Origin: a bacterium
Lineage (GTDB): Bacteria; Desulfobacterota; DSWW01
Assembly: GCA_040756235.1 (NCBI GenBank)
Contig: JBFLZG010000114.1
Coordinates: 73,125-137,124 of the forward strand
Direction: 5' to 3'
Length of the DNA: 64,000 nucleotides
This document shows, in pieces, positions 1 to 12,703 of this stretch (its first letter is position 1; each line of letters starts with the position of its first letter). A model generated the notes under the pieces. The model saw nothing but the letters and a program-made list of their open reading frames with translations, had not been told where the DNA came from and did not search any database. The position numbers and the translations under genes are program-made.

Positions 1-6
1 CAAAGA

Positions 7-1719
7 ATGCAGAATCGAACGTTGAGCTACGACTATGGGAAAACGGAAGATCCCCTTCTGTACACCCCCATCGGGGACTACCTCGGGGAGATCGCCCAAC
101 GGGTGCCGCAGAACGATGCGCTGGTTTCGGTCTATCAGGACAAGCGTTTCACTTACCGTGAGTTCGATCGGATCACGAGCGACTTTGCCAAGGGCCTGAT
201 GAGGCTCGGGATCGCCAAGGGCGATCGGGTGGGGATCTGGGCCGTGAACCGCTGGGAGTGGGTCCTCACCCAGTTCGCCACCGCCAAGATGGGCGCGATC
301 CTGGTGAACATCAATCCCGCCTACCGGACCCACGAGCTCAAGTACGCCCTGCAGCAGTCGGGCACGCAGACCCTCATTCTCATGGATTCGTTCAAACAAT
401 CTCAGTACCGCGAGATGCTGCTCTCGATCTGTCCCGAGGCGGATCGGGCGAAGCCGGGCGCCCTGCAGTCCGCCGGGCTGCCGCAGCTGCGCAACCTGAT
501 CCTCCTGGACGAGCGGCATCCCGGCATGTTCACCTTTGACGAGGTCCTGCAGGGCGGCCGCGAGGTCCCGGACGAGGATCTCGCCAGGCGCATGGCCGGC
601 ATCGACCCCGATGACGATATCAACATTCAATACACCTCGGGCACGACCGGCTTTCCGAAAGGCGTCACCCTGACCCACTTCAACATCCTGAACAACGGCT
701 ACCACATCGCCAGGGTCATGCGATTCACGGAGCAGGACCGGCTGTGCATTCCGGTCCCGTTCTATCACTGTTTCGGGATGGTTCTGTCCAACCTCGCGTG
801 CGTGACCGCCGGCGCCACCATGGTGATTCCGTCGCCGAGCTTCGAGCCGATCGCGGTCTTCGAGGCCGTGGTCCGGGAGAAGTGCACGGCCCTGCACGGT
901 GTGCCCACCATGTTCATCGCCGAGCTGAACCACCCGGACTTCGGCAAGTACGACCTGTGCTCCCTTCGCACCGGCATCATGGCCGGCGCCCCCTGCCCCA
1001 TCGAGACCATGAAGGAAGTCATCGCCAAGATGAACATGCAGGAGGTCGTGATCGCCTACGGCCAGACCGAGTCCTCTCCGGTCACCACGATGACACGGAT
1101 CGAAGACGCCTTCGAGCGCCGCGTCTCCAGCGTAGGCCGGGTGATGCCCTGGCAGGAGCTGAAGATCACCGACCCGGTCACCGGCGCGACGGTCGAGCGC
1201 GGCCAGCAGGGGGAGCTGTGCTTCCGGGGCTATCAGGTGATGAGCCGCTACTACAACAATCCGGCGGCCACGGAGGAGGCGATCGATCCGAAACGGTGGC
1301 TCCACAGCGGCGACCTCGGGACCATGGACGAGGCGGGCTACGTGAAGATCACCGGCCGCATCAAGGAGATGGTCATCCGGGGCGGCGAGAACGTCTATCC
1401 GCGGGAGATCGAGGAGTTCCTGCGGATGCACCCGAAGATCATGGACGTCTATGTCCACGGCGTGCCGGACGTCAAGTACGGCGAGGAGCTCATGGCCTGG
1501 GTCCTGCCCAGGTCAGGGGAAGCGCTCTTGGAAGAAGAGATGAAGGAATTCTGCAAGGGGAAGATCGCACATTTCAAGGTTCCCAGGTACTGGAAGTTCG
1601 TGCGCAGCGCCGACGACTTCCCCATGACCGTGACCGGGAAGATCCAGAAGTTCCGCATGCGGGAGATCGCGATTCGGGAGCTGGGCCTGGAGGAGGCGGC
1701 CAGGATCCAAACCGCGTGA
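7..1719 (+). CDS. AMP-binding acyl-CoA synthetase (fatty acid--CoA ligase family)
   Basis: 570-aa ORF with ANL motifs [42 protein letters not shown] and the TGKIQK lysine. Confidence 0.93.
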   Translation: MQNRTLSYDYGKTEDPLLYTPIGDYLGEIAQRVPQNDALVSVYQDKRFTYREFDRITSDFAKGLMRLGIAKGDRVGIWAVNRWEWVLTQFATAKMGAILVNINPAYRTHELKYALQQSGTQTLILMDSFKQSQYREMLLSICPEADRAKPGALQSAGLPQLRNLILLDERHPGMFTFDEVLQGGREVPDEDLARRMAGIDPDDDINIQYTSGTTGFPKGVTLTHFNILNNGYHIARVMRFTEQDRLCIPVPFYHCFGMVLSNLACVTAGATMVIPSPSFEPIAVFEAVVREKCTALHGVPTMFIAELNHPDFGKYDLCSLRTGIMAGAPCPIETMKEVIAKMNMQEVVIAYGQTESSPVTTMTRIEDAFERRVSSVGRVMPWQELKITDPVTGATVERGQQGELCFRGYQVMSRYYNNPAATEEAIDPKRWLHSGDLGTMDEAGYVKITGRIKEMVIRGGENVYPREIEEFLRMHPKIMDVYVHGVPDVKYGEELMAWVLPRSGEALLEEEMKEFCKGKIAHFKVPRYWKFVRSADDFPMTVTGKIQKFRMREIAIRELGLEEAARIQTA

Positions 1720-1725
1720 GCGCTC

Positions 1726-1753
1726 GTAGGGGCGTATGGCCATACGCCCCTAC
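1726..1753. repeat. GTAG-type REP-like perfect 28-bp palindrome
   Basis: GTAGGGGCGTATGGCCATACGCCCCTAC is its own reverse complement. It lies between convergent genes and contains the TAG stop of the minus-strand gene. Confidence 0.8.
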
Positions 1754-2277
1754 TGCAGGGGGCCCTTGAGGAGGCGTACATCGTCGATCCAGGCCGTGCC
1801 CTTTCCCTCGACGACCAGGTTGAGCTTGATCCTGTCCGGCTTCTCGCCCTTCTTCAGGAAAAAGGGCGTCTCCTCGGTCGTCCAGTCGGTCGTTCCCGTG
1901 AGCGGGGACTGGAGGCCGCGGGAAAAGAACTCCCCCTGTCCGGGGAAGTGGCACCACATCTCCAGGAAGACTTTCCCCTCCGCGAGCTCTGTCCGGACCC
2001 GCGCCTGGTAGATGAGCCGAGCCTCCTCGACTTCGATTCCGGCTACTTCGTAAAGTCGAACGACCGTGGGCTCCGCCGCATCGATGCGCAGGGAGCCGTT
2101 GCCGTCGCTCGAGGTCTCTCGGTCGAGCCGCACCCCGGATTGAGTGAGCACGCCTTCCTGGCTGTCTACCGGGAACCTTCTGAGCTCGGTTGCCTGACCC
2201 GAGCTCCGGGTACAGGCGGACAGGAGGGCGAGTGCGGTCAGGCCGGCCAGCAGCGAGGCCCGGATTGCGAAAGGCAT
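1750..2277 (-). CDS. hypothetical lipoprotein, possibly a jelly-roll/CBM-like domain
   Basis: Signal peptide with lipobox LLSAC; C-terminal GTAWIDDVRL resembles CBM-like beta-sandwich ends; upstream GAGGAG RBS. Confidence 0.7.
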   Translation of the reverse strand: MPFAIRASLLAGLTALALLSACTRSSGQATELRRFPVDSQEGVLTQSGVRLDRETSSDGNGSLRIDAAEPTVVRLYEVAGIEVEEARLIYQARVRTELAEGKVFLEMWCHFPGQGEFFSRGLQSPLTGTTDWTTEETPFFLKKGEKPDRIKLNLVVEGKGTAWIDDVRLLKGPLQ

Positions 2278-2343
2278 GACTTTCTCCTCATGTTCTTCGA
2301 AGGCTTCCCTTTCTCCTTTTCCCTTTCCCCTTTGACCTGTCCT

Positions 2344-2751
2344 TCAGTCCTTCGTCAGGAGGGCCGGACAGGAGGTCGTTTCCTGGCTCTGGGCCTCCCG
2401 GATCGCAACGAGATAGATCTCGCCGTCCGAGAGGTTCTTCAAGGCGTGCTCGACTCCGGGCAGGATCTCGAAGAGCGCCGGACCGCGGCCCTCGACGGCG
2501 ATCTCCTGAACGTCCCCGTTCCGCCCGGATCGCCAGGCGAGCCGGGCGGGCCCGCCGAACATGAGCAGCCATTCACGGGCGTGCGGGTGAAGGTGGTTGC
2601 CCCGGACCGAGCCCGGGAGCAAGGAGACGACGTGCAGATCTCCCAGCGATTCCGCGCTCTGGCCGGAAGCTTCGAGGAGATCGACCCGCCATCCTCGCGG
2701 ATCTTTCTCTCCGGGACCGACGGATGGATGAAGCAGCCTGACGCCTTCCAA
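2344..2751 (-). CDS. cupin domain protein (WxcM/FdtA-like)
   Basis: Cupin motifs RGNHLHPHAREW and PGVEHALKN; TTG start; co-oriented with neighbours. Confidence 0.75.
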   Translation of the reverse strand: MEGVRLLHPSVGPGEKDPRGWRVDLLEASGQSAESLGDLHVVSLLPGSVRGNHLHPHAREWLLMFGGPARLAWRSGRNGDVQEIAVEGRGPALFEILPGVEHALKNLSDGEIYLVAIREAQSQETTSCPALLTKD

Positions 2752-2772
2752 GGACCGTTCCTTTCGTATCCG

Positions 2773-3759
2773 TCATGAGAAGGAGAGAACGATCTTGCCC
2801 GTGTTCTCGTTCTTCTCCATGCGCAAAGTGGCCTCGTGAACCCTGTCGAAGGGGAACACGGAGTCGACCACCGGCCGCAGCCGGCCGGAGTCGAAGTGGG
2901 GGAGGACGTCATGGGCAAAGGCGCGGGTGGCCGAGATCTTCTCCTCGAGGGGCCGAGAACGGAAGACCGTTCCGATGATGCGGAGCCGCTTGGTGAGGAC
3001 CGTCGCAAGGGGGGTCTCGGCAGAGGCGCCGCTCATCAGACCGAACAGGATGAGCGTGCCGCCCGCACGGAGCAAGGCGAGGTGTTGCCTCCAGTAAGCT
3101 GCGCCCACCGTATCCAGGACGAGGTCCAGCGCGTGCGGGCCGAATTCCTTCTCCACCACCGCCTGAAAACCTTCTTCTCTATAGTTCACGGCCCGGAACG
3201 GCGCGATTCGACCCATTCTCTCCAGCTTCTCCGCACTGCCGGCCGTTCCGACGGCCCGGGCTCCCCAGAGATGGACGAGCTGCAGGGCCGCGCTCCCGAC
3301 CCCCCCGGCAACGGAGTGGACCAGAACGAGGTCGCCAGGCCTCAACCCGCCCTGGGTCACCAGGGCGTCGTGCGCGGCCAGGAAGGCCTCCGGCACCGCC
3401 GCGGCTTCGACGTCGGACAGCCTCTCGGGCACCGAAACGGCCAGTCGCTGATGGGTGACTACTTGATCCGCGTAGGCGCCTCCGGGCACCACGCCGAAGA
3501 CGCGCTCCCCTCCTTTCCACTCCGTGACGCGCTCGCCGATCTGATCGATCCTGCCGACGAACTCGAGTCCCGGAACGTCGGCAGGGGCGCCCGGCGGGGC
3601 CGGATAGAGGCCGCGGCGCTGCAGGAGGTCGGCGCGGTTCAGGGCGGCAGCCGAGACCCGGACGCGAATCCACTCGCCCGTGGCCGCGAGCTCCGGCCTC
3701 TCACGGATCTCGAGTCGTTCGACCTCGGCACCGAACTGTGAGATCACGGCGCACCGCAT
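2773..3759 (-). CDS. NAD(P)H-quinone oxidoreductase, PIG3/zeta-crystallin family
   Basis: LNRADLLQRRGLYPAPPGAPADVPGLEF, AGGVGSAA, ENTGKIVL. Start trimmed to the ATG at 3759 (MRCAVISQ), which has a GGAGG RBS. Confidence 0.9.
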   Translation of the reverse strand: MRCAVISQFGAEVERLEIRERPELAATGEWIRVRVSAAALNRADLLQRRGLYPAPPGAPADVPGLEFVGRIDQIGERVTEWKGGERVFGVVPGGAYADQVVTHQRLAVSVPERLSDVEAAAVPEAFLAAHDALVTQGGLRPGDLVLVHSVAGGVGSAALQLVHLWGARAVGTAGSAEKLERMGRIAPFRAVNYREEGFQAVVEKEFGPHALDLVLDTVGAAYWRQHLALLRAGGTLILFGLMSGASAETPLATVLTKRLRIIGTVFRSRPLEEKISATRAFAHDVLPHFDSGRLRPVVDSVFPFDRVHEATLRMEKNENTGKIVLSFS

Positions 3760-3796
3760 GGACGTCCTCCGCGGAGACGGCCCGAAGGCAAGGCGG

Positions 3797-3826
3797 CGTA
3801 TGGGCGAAAAATTTTTCGCCCATACG
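3797..3826. repeat. perfect 30-bp palindrome (REP-like)
   Basis: CGTATGGGCGAAAAATTTTTCGCCCATACG; the core GGGCGAAAAATTTTTCGCCC recurs at 53840-53867. Confidence 0.75.
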
Positions 3827-3851
3827 GTACGCCTGTTCTTTCGAGGGCCTG

Positions 3852-4916
3852 CTACTCTAGCCGGACGCACCAGCCATACCGGTCCGGTCTTTCCCCGTAT
3901 TGGATGCCCGTGATCTCCTCGTAGAGCTTGTGGGCGATGGGGCCGGTCTTGCCGCCGTGGACGGTGATCGTCCTGTCCTTGTGCTGGATCAGACCCACGG
4001 GAGAGATCACGGCCGCGGTTCCGGTGCCGAATGCTTCCTGCAGCCTCCCGTCCCGGGCTGCGTCCAGGATCTCCTCGATCGAGATCCTGCGCTCCTCCAC
4101 GGGGATGCCCCAGTCGCGGGCGATCTCGATGACCGAAGTCCGGGTCACGCCTTGCAGGATGGTTCCCTCCAGGGCGGGCGTGACCAGGCGTCCGTCCAGG
4201 CAGAAGAACATGTTCATCGTGCCGACTTCCTCGACGTAGCGCCTTTCGTTCGCATCGAGCCACAGGATCTGGGAGAAGCCTTTCTGGATGGCCTCCTGGG
4301 CGGCCAGAAGGGTGGCCGCATAGTTGGCCGGCGTCTTGGCCATCCCCAGACCCCCCTTGGCGGCCCGGATGTATTCCGTGGAGGTGATCAGACTGACCGG
4401 ATTGACTCCCTCCTTGTAGTAGAGCCCCACGGGAGAGGTGATGATCATGTACCGGTAGGACTTGGACACCTTCACGCCGAGGTAGCTGTCCGAGGCAATG
4501 ATGAAAGGCCTGATGTAAAGGGAATAGCCCCTCTTCTTCGGGATCCATGCTTTGTCGATCGTCAGGAGCGTCTTCAGAGGGGTGATGAAGGCGTCGTACT
4601 CGGTCTCCGGAATGCAGAGCCTCCGGCAGGAGCGGTTGAATCTCTCGTGGTATTTCTCGGGACGGAAGAGCTGGACGATGCCCTTTTCCGTCCGGAACGC
4701 CTTCAGGCCTTCGAAGACCATCTGCCCGTAATGGAGACAGCACATCGAAGGCAGAACGTCCATGGGACCGAAAGGGACGATCCGCGGAGTTCGCCAGGTT
4801 CCCGCCTGGTAGTCCATGACGAACATGTGATCCGAGAAGATTTCACCGAACCCGAGATTCTCGAGATCGGTGGAAGTGATCCTGCTGGAGCGCACCCTCT
4901 GGATTTCAAGGTCCAC
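3852..4916 (-). CDS. ilvE: branched-chain amino acid aminotransferase
   Basis: LHYGQMVFEGLKAF, LYIRPF, AKTPANYA (PLP Lys), EEVGTMN, GTGTAAVISPV; GTG start with GGAGG RBS. Confidence 0.95.
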   Translation of the reverse strand: MDLEIQRVRSSRITSTDLENLGFGEIFSDHMFVMDYQAGTWRTPRIVPFGPMDVLPSMCCLHYGQMVFEGLKAFRTEKGIVQLFRPEKYHERFNRSCRRLCIPETEYDAFITPLKTLLTIDKAWIPKKRGYSLYIRPFIIASDSYLGVKVSKSYRYMIITSPVGLYYKEGVNPVSLITSTEYIRAAKGGLGMAKTPANYAATLLAAQEAIQKGFSQILWLDANERRYVEEVGTMNMFFCLDGRLVTPALEGTILQGVTRTSVIEIARDWGIPVEERRISIEEILDAARDGRLQEAFGTGTAAVISPVGLIQHKDRTITVHGGKTGPIAHKLYEEITGIQYGERPDRYGWCVRLE

Positions 4917-5062
4917 GACTTTCCTCCAAGCTTGGCGGTTGCGCGTATCGCGAAGGAGAAGGAAGATCCCCCCGGAATCTCGCTTCTGGCTGGCGGCTGC
5001 CGACGAATTGCCATAGAATAAATCCTTTAATGGAGGACTGCAAACGCCGTGGAGGATGAGCG

Positions 5063-5524
5063 ATGCTCCTGTACGTGGTGCGCCATGGAGAGGCCCAACC
5101 GCAGCAGGCGGACCCGGGCTTGACGGAGAATGGGAAGAAAAACGTGCAGAAGATTGCGGAGTTCCTTCAGGGGATGGGGGTCCTTGTGGAGAGCATCGAG
5201 GAGAGCGGGAGGAAGAGGGCGAGCCAGACGGCAGCCATCATGGCCGCGGCCCTCACTCCCGGCCGGATGGCGGCGCGGGCGGGCGGTCTGGGGCCCAATG
5301 ACCCCGTGGATCCGGTAGCCGAGCGCCTCGAGTCCGAGGCCGCGGACCGCATGCTGGTCGGTCACCTTCCCTTCCTGGCTCGCCTGGTTTCACGGTTGCT
5401 GCTCGGCAGGGAGGATCCGGAGATCTTCCTGTTTCAACCGGCAGGAACGATCTGCCTGGAGCGAGGTGCCAACCTGCGCTGGACCATGCGGTGGATGATC
5501 GGTCCTGACATGCTGTCGACCTGA
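5063..5524 (+). CDS. sixA: phosphohistidine phosphatase SixA family
   Basis: N-terminal LYVVRHGEA, RASQTA, MLVGHLP. Confidence 0.85.
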   Translation: MLLYVVRHGEAQPQQADPGLTENGKKNVQKIAEFLQGMGVLVESIEESGRKRASQTAAIMAAALTPGRMAARAGGLGPNDPVDPVAERLESEAADRMLVGHLPFLARLVSRLLLGREDPEIFLFQPAGTICLERGANLRWTMRWMIGPDMLST

Positions 5525-5541
5525 GATCGAAAGCCGGCCGC

Positions 5542-6144
5542 ATGGAATCTGCCACGCCGTGCCGCTCAGCGGCTGCCTCCGTCACGCTCTACACGGTGGG
5601 CCATTCCACCCGCACGTGGGAAGAGCTCGTCGATCTCCTGCATTCCTTCGACATCCGGTGCGTATGGGACGTCCGGCGCTACCCGGGATCGAGGCGATTC
5701 CCCCAGTTCGAGCGCGCGCACATGGAGACGGCACTGCCGCGGGAGGAGATCGCCTACCAGTGGGCAGAGGCGCTCGGCGGCCGGCGCCGCAGCACGGCCG
5801 GCGCGAGTTCTCCCAACCAGGGGCTGGAGAGCCCGGGCCTGCGCGCCTATGCGGACCACATGGCGACCGATCTCTTCCGCCAGGCGGTTCAAAGGCTCGT
5901 GGCTCGCGCCGCAGCCACCTGCTCATCGGTCCTGTGCGCGGAGCGGCTCTACTGGAAGTGCCACAGAAGGCTGCTGAGCGATTACCTGACCTCGCTCGGG
6001 GTCCATGTCGTGCACCTCGTCGAAGCCGGCCGCTGCGTCGAGCATGTCCTCACGCCGGGCGTGGTGCTTCAGCCGGGCGGCGGAGTCCTGTACCTTTGCC
6101 GTTCCCGGGGCGGCGGCCCGCATGCGGGCGGCCTGTTCGGCTGA
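5542..6144 (+). CDS. DUF488 family protein
   Basis: YTVGHSTR, DVRRYPGSRRFPQF, LGGRR, CAERLYWKCHRRLLSD. Confidence 0.85.
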   Translation: MESATPCRSAAASVTLYTVGHSTRTWEELVDLLHSFDIRCVWDVRRYPGSRRFPQFERAHMETALPREEIAYQWAEALGGRRRSTAGASSPNQGLESPGLRAYADHMATDLFRQAVQRLVARAAATCSSVLCAERLYWKCHRRLLSDYLTSLGVHVVHLVEAGRCVEHVLTPGVVLQPGGGVLYLCRSRGGGPHAGGLFG

Positions 6145-6167
6145 GCCCCGTGTCAGGGCTTGTGCCG

Positions 6168-6185
6168 GTTTTGGGACAGGCTCTA
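6168..6185 (-). mobile_element. solo terminal-repeat remnant of the local MITE family
   Basis: Reverse complement TAGAGCCTGTCCCAAAAC is identical to 63889-63906. Confidence 0.6.
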
Positions 6186-6234
6186 GTTGGCTGCGGCTCC
6201 CTCGTCGGGCCCCCTCCGGCTCCCTCCTCGCTCC

Positions 6235-6262
6235 TTGACAAGGGACCGGGGGTCCGTATCAT
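6235..6262 (+). promoter_or_regulatory. putative sigma70 promoter for the first Deg protease
   Basis: TTGACA-N16-TATCAT; the spacer holds a small inverted repeat, GGACC-GGG-GGTCC. Confidence 0.5.
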
Positions 6263-6315
6263 GAAAACTTCCCTGAATGCCTGCCTGAAGTGAATCCAGG
6301 GCACCGAAGGGGCTC

Positions 6316-7794
6316 ATGTCCGCGATCTCGAAGGGCTTCTACAAACATTTGCGTCCTGGGGAGCGGCGCCGGCCGGCGCCTGGTGAGCGCTCGGCCGTAC
6401 GGCTCTGCCGCACCCTTGCCGCGGCTTGGCTGATCCTCAATGCGCTGCCGGGGACGGCCGCAGCCGCGGAGCCCGTACCCGTGTCCCGCCGGAGCCCGGT
6501 CGTGGAGCTGGTCGACCGCTGCAGCCCGGCCGTGGTCAACATCTCGACCGAAACCGAGGAGGCCCAGCCCGCGTATCCCTTTCTGGGAGGGCCGAGAGAC
6601 CCGGTGCTGGACGAATTCTTCAACCGGTTCTTTGCTCCGCAGCGGGAAAGGCCGTTCCAGCGGAGAAGCCTCGGTTCCGGGGTGCTGATCGACGGAAAGG
6701 GACACGTACTGACCAACTACCACGTGGTGCTCAAGGCGAGCCGGATCCATGCGACGCTGGTCTCCGGCAAGGAGTATCCGGCAGACCTCGTGGGTAGCGA
6801 TCCGGGTTCGGACCTGGCGGTCCTGCGCATCACCCTCGAGCATGGGGTGAACCCGGTCCCGCTGGGCACCTCTTCGGATCTCATGATCGGCGAGACCGTC
6901 GTTGCGATCGGAAATCCCTTCGGCCTTTCGCACACCGTCACCACGGGAGTCATCAGTGCGCTCAACCGATCGGTGCAGGTGGCGGACCAGGTGTACGAGG
7001 ACTTCATCCAGACCGATGCGGCCATCAACCCCGGGAACAGCGGCGGGCCGCTCCTCAACATCCGGGGGGAGCTCATCGGGATCAACACCGCCATTCATGG
7101 CGATGCCCAGGGAATCGGGTTCGCCATCCCGGTGGATCGAGCCCGCCGCATCGTGGAAGAGCTGCTCCTGTACGGAGAGGTTCAACCGGTCTGGTTCGGC
7201 ATGGAGCTGCAGGAGCTGAGCCCTGAAGTGGCCAAGTACCTGGGGTTCGGTGAGAAAGGGGGCATTCTGGTTTCCGAGGTGCACCCCGATGGTCCGGCGG
7301 CCAGGGGCGGCTTGCAGGTGCGGGACGTGCTCGTCTCGAGCGGCGACAGTCCTCTGACTTCGGCCTCCGAGTACTGGAGGGTCATGCAGCAGATCCGCGC
7401 CAACCAGGAGGTGGTCTTCAGGATATTCCGCCAGGGCCGTCTCTTCCCCGTGAGACTCAAGGCGGAGGCCATGCCCGAAGAACAGATCGACGGCCTCTCT
7501 CTCCGGCTGCTGGGGGTCCGCCTGGCGGAGATCGCTGCCGTGCAGGGGGCCGCGCCGCAGTCCGCCGGGCAAGGGCTGGTGATCGATGCGGTCGTCAGGG
7601 GCAGCCAGGCGGACCAGATCGGGCTCAGGCCGGGGGACTTCGTCCTCAAGATCAACGATCACGGTTTGGGGAGCCTCAAGGACTTTCGCCACGAGCTTGC
7701 CCGTCTTCGGTGCCGGCCGAACGTCTCCCTGCAGGTCCTCAGAGGGAGATACCTCTACTACGTGACCCTGGATCTGAAGGGCTTTTCCTCTTGA
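6316..7794 (+). CDS. HtrA/DegP-type trypsin-like serine protease with PDZ domains
   Basis: SLGSGV, TNYHVV, DLAVL, IQTDAAINPGNSGGPL and two PDZ-like C-terminal regions; exact start uncertain. Confidence 0.92.
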   Translation: MSAISKGFYKHLRPGERRRPAPGERSAVRLCRTLAAAWLILNALPGTAAAAEPVPVSRRSPVVELVDRCSPAVVNISTETEEAQPAYPFLGGPRDPVLDEFFNRFFAPQRERPFQRRSLGSGVLIDGKGHVLTNYHVVLKASRIHATLVSGKEYPADLVGSDPGSDLAVLRITLEHGVNPVPLGTSSDLMIGETVVAIGNPFGLSHTVTTGVISALNRSVQVADQVYEDFIQTDAAINPGNSGGPLLNIRGELIGINTAIHGDAQGIGFAIPVDRARRIVEELLLYGEVQPVWFGMELQELSPEVAKYLGFGEKGGILVSEVHPDGPAARGGLQVRDVLVSSGDSPLTSASEYWRVMQQIRANQEVVFRIFRQGRLFPVRLKAEAMPEEQIDGLSLRLLGVRLAEIAAVQGAAPQSAGQGLVIDAVVRGSQADQIGLRPGDFVLKINDHGLGSLKDFRHELARLRCRPNVSLQVLRGRYLYYVTLDLKGFSS

Positions 7795-7860
7795 TTTCCA
7801 AGAGATTGTTGTTAACTTACTGCATCGGTTTCGGAAGCCGCAGATGATTTCTGCCATTCG

Positions 7861-9391
<1,531 letters not shown>

Positions 9392-9649
9392 GGGCCCGTT
9401 CCGAGAGCCCGTCCGCAAGAGGCTCTCCGCCAGGCCGGTCGAATCGTTCCCGTAGGGCACGCAAAGGGGTCGTCTGTTGCCAGAGATCCTGATGCCTTCT
9501 TAGACAGAATGAATCGAGTACAGTGATCGCGACAGTTGCGCCGCAACGCCACCAGGGACGAGCGGAGCGCGGCACCGAGACGTGTTTCGCTGCCTGCCTC
9601 ACCTCATCTGACCTTTCCACCGACTGCCACTCGAACAGGAGAGGAGCAC

Positions 9650-10359
<710 letters not shown>

Positions 10360-10363
<4 letters not shown>

Positions 10364-11148
10364 AGGCGCTGGCGGACGTCTTTCACGTGGCAGGCAGAGA
10401 GCTGCGCTCCTATTTCGTTTCCCCGATCGCCTACGTGGTGCTGACCGGCTATGTCGTTCTGTCGGGCTGGTTCTTCTTCAATTTGCTGGTCCAGTTCAAT
10501 CGCGTCCTCGGCATGTACGAGATGATGCGAAGGCAGGACGTGGCGATGCAGATGAACCTGAACGACATGGTCATGACGCCGCTCTTCTACAACATGACCA
10601 TCGTTCTGCTCATCATGATTCCGCTCATCACCATGCGCCTTTTCGCAGAGGAAAAGAAGCTCAAGACAGATGAGCTGCTGCTCACCTCCCCCCTCTCGAT
10701 TCAGTCGATCGTCACAGGCAAGTATCTGGCGAGCCTGTGCTTTTTCGTCCTCATCCTGCTGCTCACCGGGATCTACCCGTGGATCCTCTTCCACTACGGC
10801 TCCCCTGCGCCGGAGGCCGGTTCCATCCTGGCGGGCTACCTCGGGCTGTTCCTGCTGGGATCTTCCTTCATCGCCGTGGGGCTGTTTGCCTCGTCTTTGA
10901 CCGAGAACCAGATCGTGGCGGCCGTGATCTGTTTCGTCACCCTGCTGCTCTTCTTCGTCATCGGATGGCCGGCCGAGACGGTAGGCTCGACCCCCGGCAA
11001 GGTGCTCCAATATCTCTCCCTCATCGAGCACTTCAATGATTTTCCGAAGGGCCTCATCGAAAGCCGGCACCTCGTGTTCTTCGTGAGCTTCATCCTGTTT
11101 GCGCTCTTTCTCACCAAGCGATCCATTGAATCGTTCAGATGGAGGTAG
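10360..11148 (+). CDS. ABC-2 permease (GldF-like)
   Basis: RELRSYFVSPIAY, PLITMRLFAEEKKLKTDELLLTSP, SSLTENQIVAAV; multiple TM segments; ATGA overlap with the upstream gene. Confidence 0.88.
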
Positions 11149-11154
11149 GATCCC

Positions 11155-12696
11155 ATGAAGAAGTCGAGCCAGATTGCCGGGCTTTGCGGATTCCTCCTGC
11201 TCCTGTTCGGAGTGGCGGAATTTCTTTTCACGAGGCAGTTTTCCCTGTACACGGGGATTCACCTGGGCGGGGGAGCTGTCCTGGTCGTCTTCAGCCTGAT
11301 CTTCAACCTGGGGGGGGTCTGGTCCACCCTGGGCGAGCGCTCCACGCGCTACGGCGCGAATGCGGTCCTGTACACGGCCGTGTTTCTGGCGATCCTGGGC
11401 CTCCTCAACTTCGTTTCCAACGCCCATTCCTGGCGCAAAGACCTGACGGAAGGGGGGGTGTTCAGCCTCTCCGATCAGAGCCAGAAGATCCTGGAGAACC
11501 TCAAAGAGGACGTGGAGGTGCTGGCTTTCTTCGAGATGGCGAAAGGCAGCAAGCTCGAAGACCTTCTGAAGAACTACGGCAACGCCTCCAAACGCTTTCG
11601 CTACGAGTTCATCGATCCGGTCAAACATCCGGAAAAGGCGAAGCAGTACGAAATCACGCAAAGTGAGATTCTCGTCGTGAAGAGCGGCGACCGGACCAAC
11701 AAGATCACGGGCACGGCGGAAGAAGACATCACCAATGCCATTCTCAAGGTTTCCAAGCAGGAGCAGAAGAAGATCTACTTCCTCGCCGGACATGGAGAGC
11801 CCGCGCTGAACAACCAGGAGCAGAACGGATACGAGATCGTCCGCAAAGCGCTCGAAAACGAGAACTACCAGGTGAGCGAGCTGAAGCTGTTCATGCAGGA
11901 GAACGTCCCTCAGGATTGTACGGTCCTCGTTCTCGCCGGCTCCCAGAAGAGCCTGGAGCCGAGTGAGCTGGACGCGATCCAGCGCTACCTCGACCAGGGC
12001 GGAAACGCTCTGTTCCTGCTGGACCCGGGGGGATCGCCCGGGATCGCTCCGTTCCTGGCGAAATGGGGCGTCAAGGTCGGTGACGATGCAGTCGTGGATC
12101 AGGTCTTCCGCCTCTTCCAGGGGCCCTCGTTGGGGGTCGACCCTATCGTCGAGGAGTTCGGATCGCATGAGATCGTGAAAGATTTCCAGGGCCAGGTCAT
12201 CTTCCATCTGGTCCGCTCGGTGCAGCCCGAAAACGATATTCCGCAGGGGGTCAACGTGGTCTCCCTGGCCAAGACGAGCCCCAAGAGCTGGGCCGAGACG
12301 GACCTGGCAAGCCTCTTCCAGAAGGGGGAGGTCGCCCATACGGCCGATGACCTGTCCGGGCCCGTCTCCGTTGCCGTCGCCCTCACGGCCGAGCGGCAGG
12401 GAAGCGAGCAAGGGGAAGGCGAGGAGGGCAAGGAAGCCAAGATCGTCGTGTTCGGCGATTCGGACTTCGTCGGCAACCGCAACATCGGGAACATGTACAA
12501 TGCGGACCTTTTCCTGAACACGGTCAACTGGCTGGCCGGCGAGGAAGAGTTCATCTCCATCCGGCCCAAGGCGACGCGCGGCTCCAGAGTGGCCATGACG
12601 CCTCAGCAGACCAGAGACATCTTCTACTTCTCCGTGCTCATTCTGCCTGAAGCCCTGCTGCTGTTCGGGCTCGCCATCTGGTGGCGAAGGAGGTAA
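11155..12696 (+). CDS. GldG family ABC auxiliary component
   Basis: DLTEGGVFSLSDQS, IYFLAGHGE, VFGDSDF, NADLFLNTVNWL, C-terminal TM ending WWRRR. Confidence 0.88.
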   Translation: MKKSSQIAGLCGFLLLLFGVAEFLFTRQFSLYTGIHLGGGAVLVVFSLIFNLGGVWSTLGERSTRYGANAVLYTAVFLAILGLLNFVSNAHSWRKDLTEGGVFSLSDQSQKILENLKEDVEVLAFFEMAKGSKLEDLLKNYGNASKRFRYEFIDPVKHPEKAKQYEITQSEILVVKSGDRTNKITGTAEEDITNAILKVSKQEQKKIYFLAGHGEPALNNQEQNGYEIVRKALENENYQVSELKLFMQENVPQDCTVLVLAGSQKSLEPSELDAIQRYLDQGGNALFLLDPGGSPGIAPFLAKWGVKVGDDAVVDQVFRLFQGPSLGVDPIVEEFGSHEIVKDFQGQVIFHLVRSVQPENDIPQGVNVVSLAKTSPKSWAETDLASLFQKGEVAHTADDLSGPVSVAVALTAERQGSEQGEGEEGKEAKIVVFGDSDFVGNRNIGNMYNADLFLNTVNWLAGEEEFISIRPKATRGSRVAMTPQQTRDIFYFSVLILPEALLLFGLAIWWRRR

Positions 12697-12703
12697 GGGG
12701 ACC

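Noticed and set aside
3760..4743. N-terminal extension making a 656-aa quinone oxidoreductase
   Set aside because: It overlaps ilvE out of frame; a good RBS and ATG lie at 3759.
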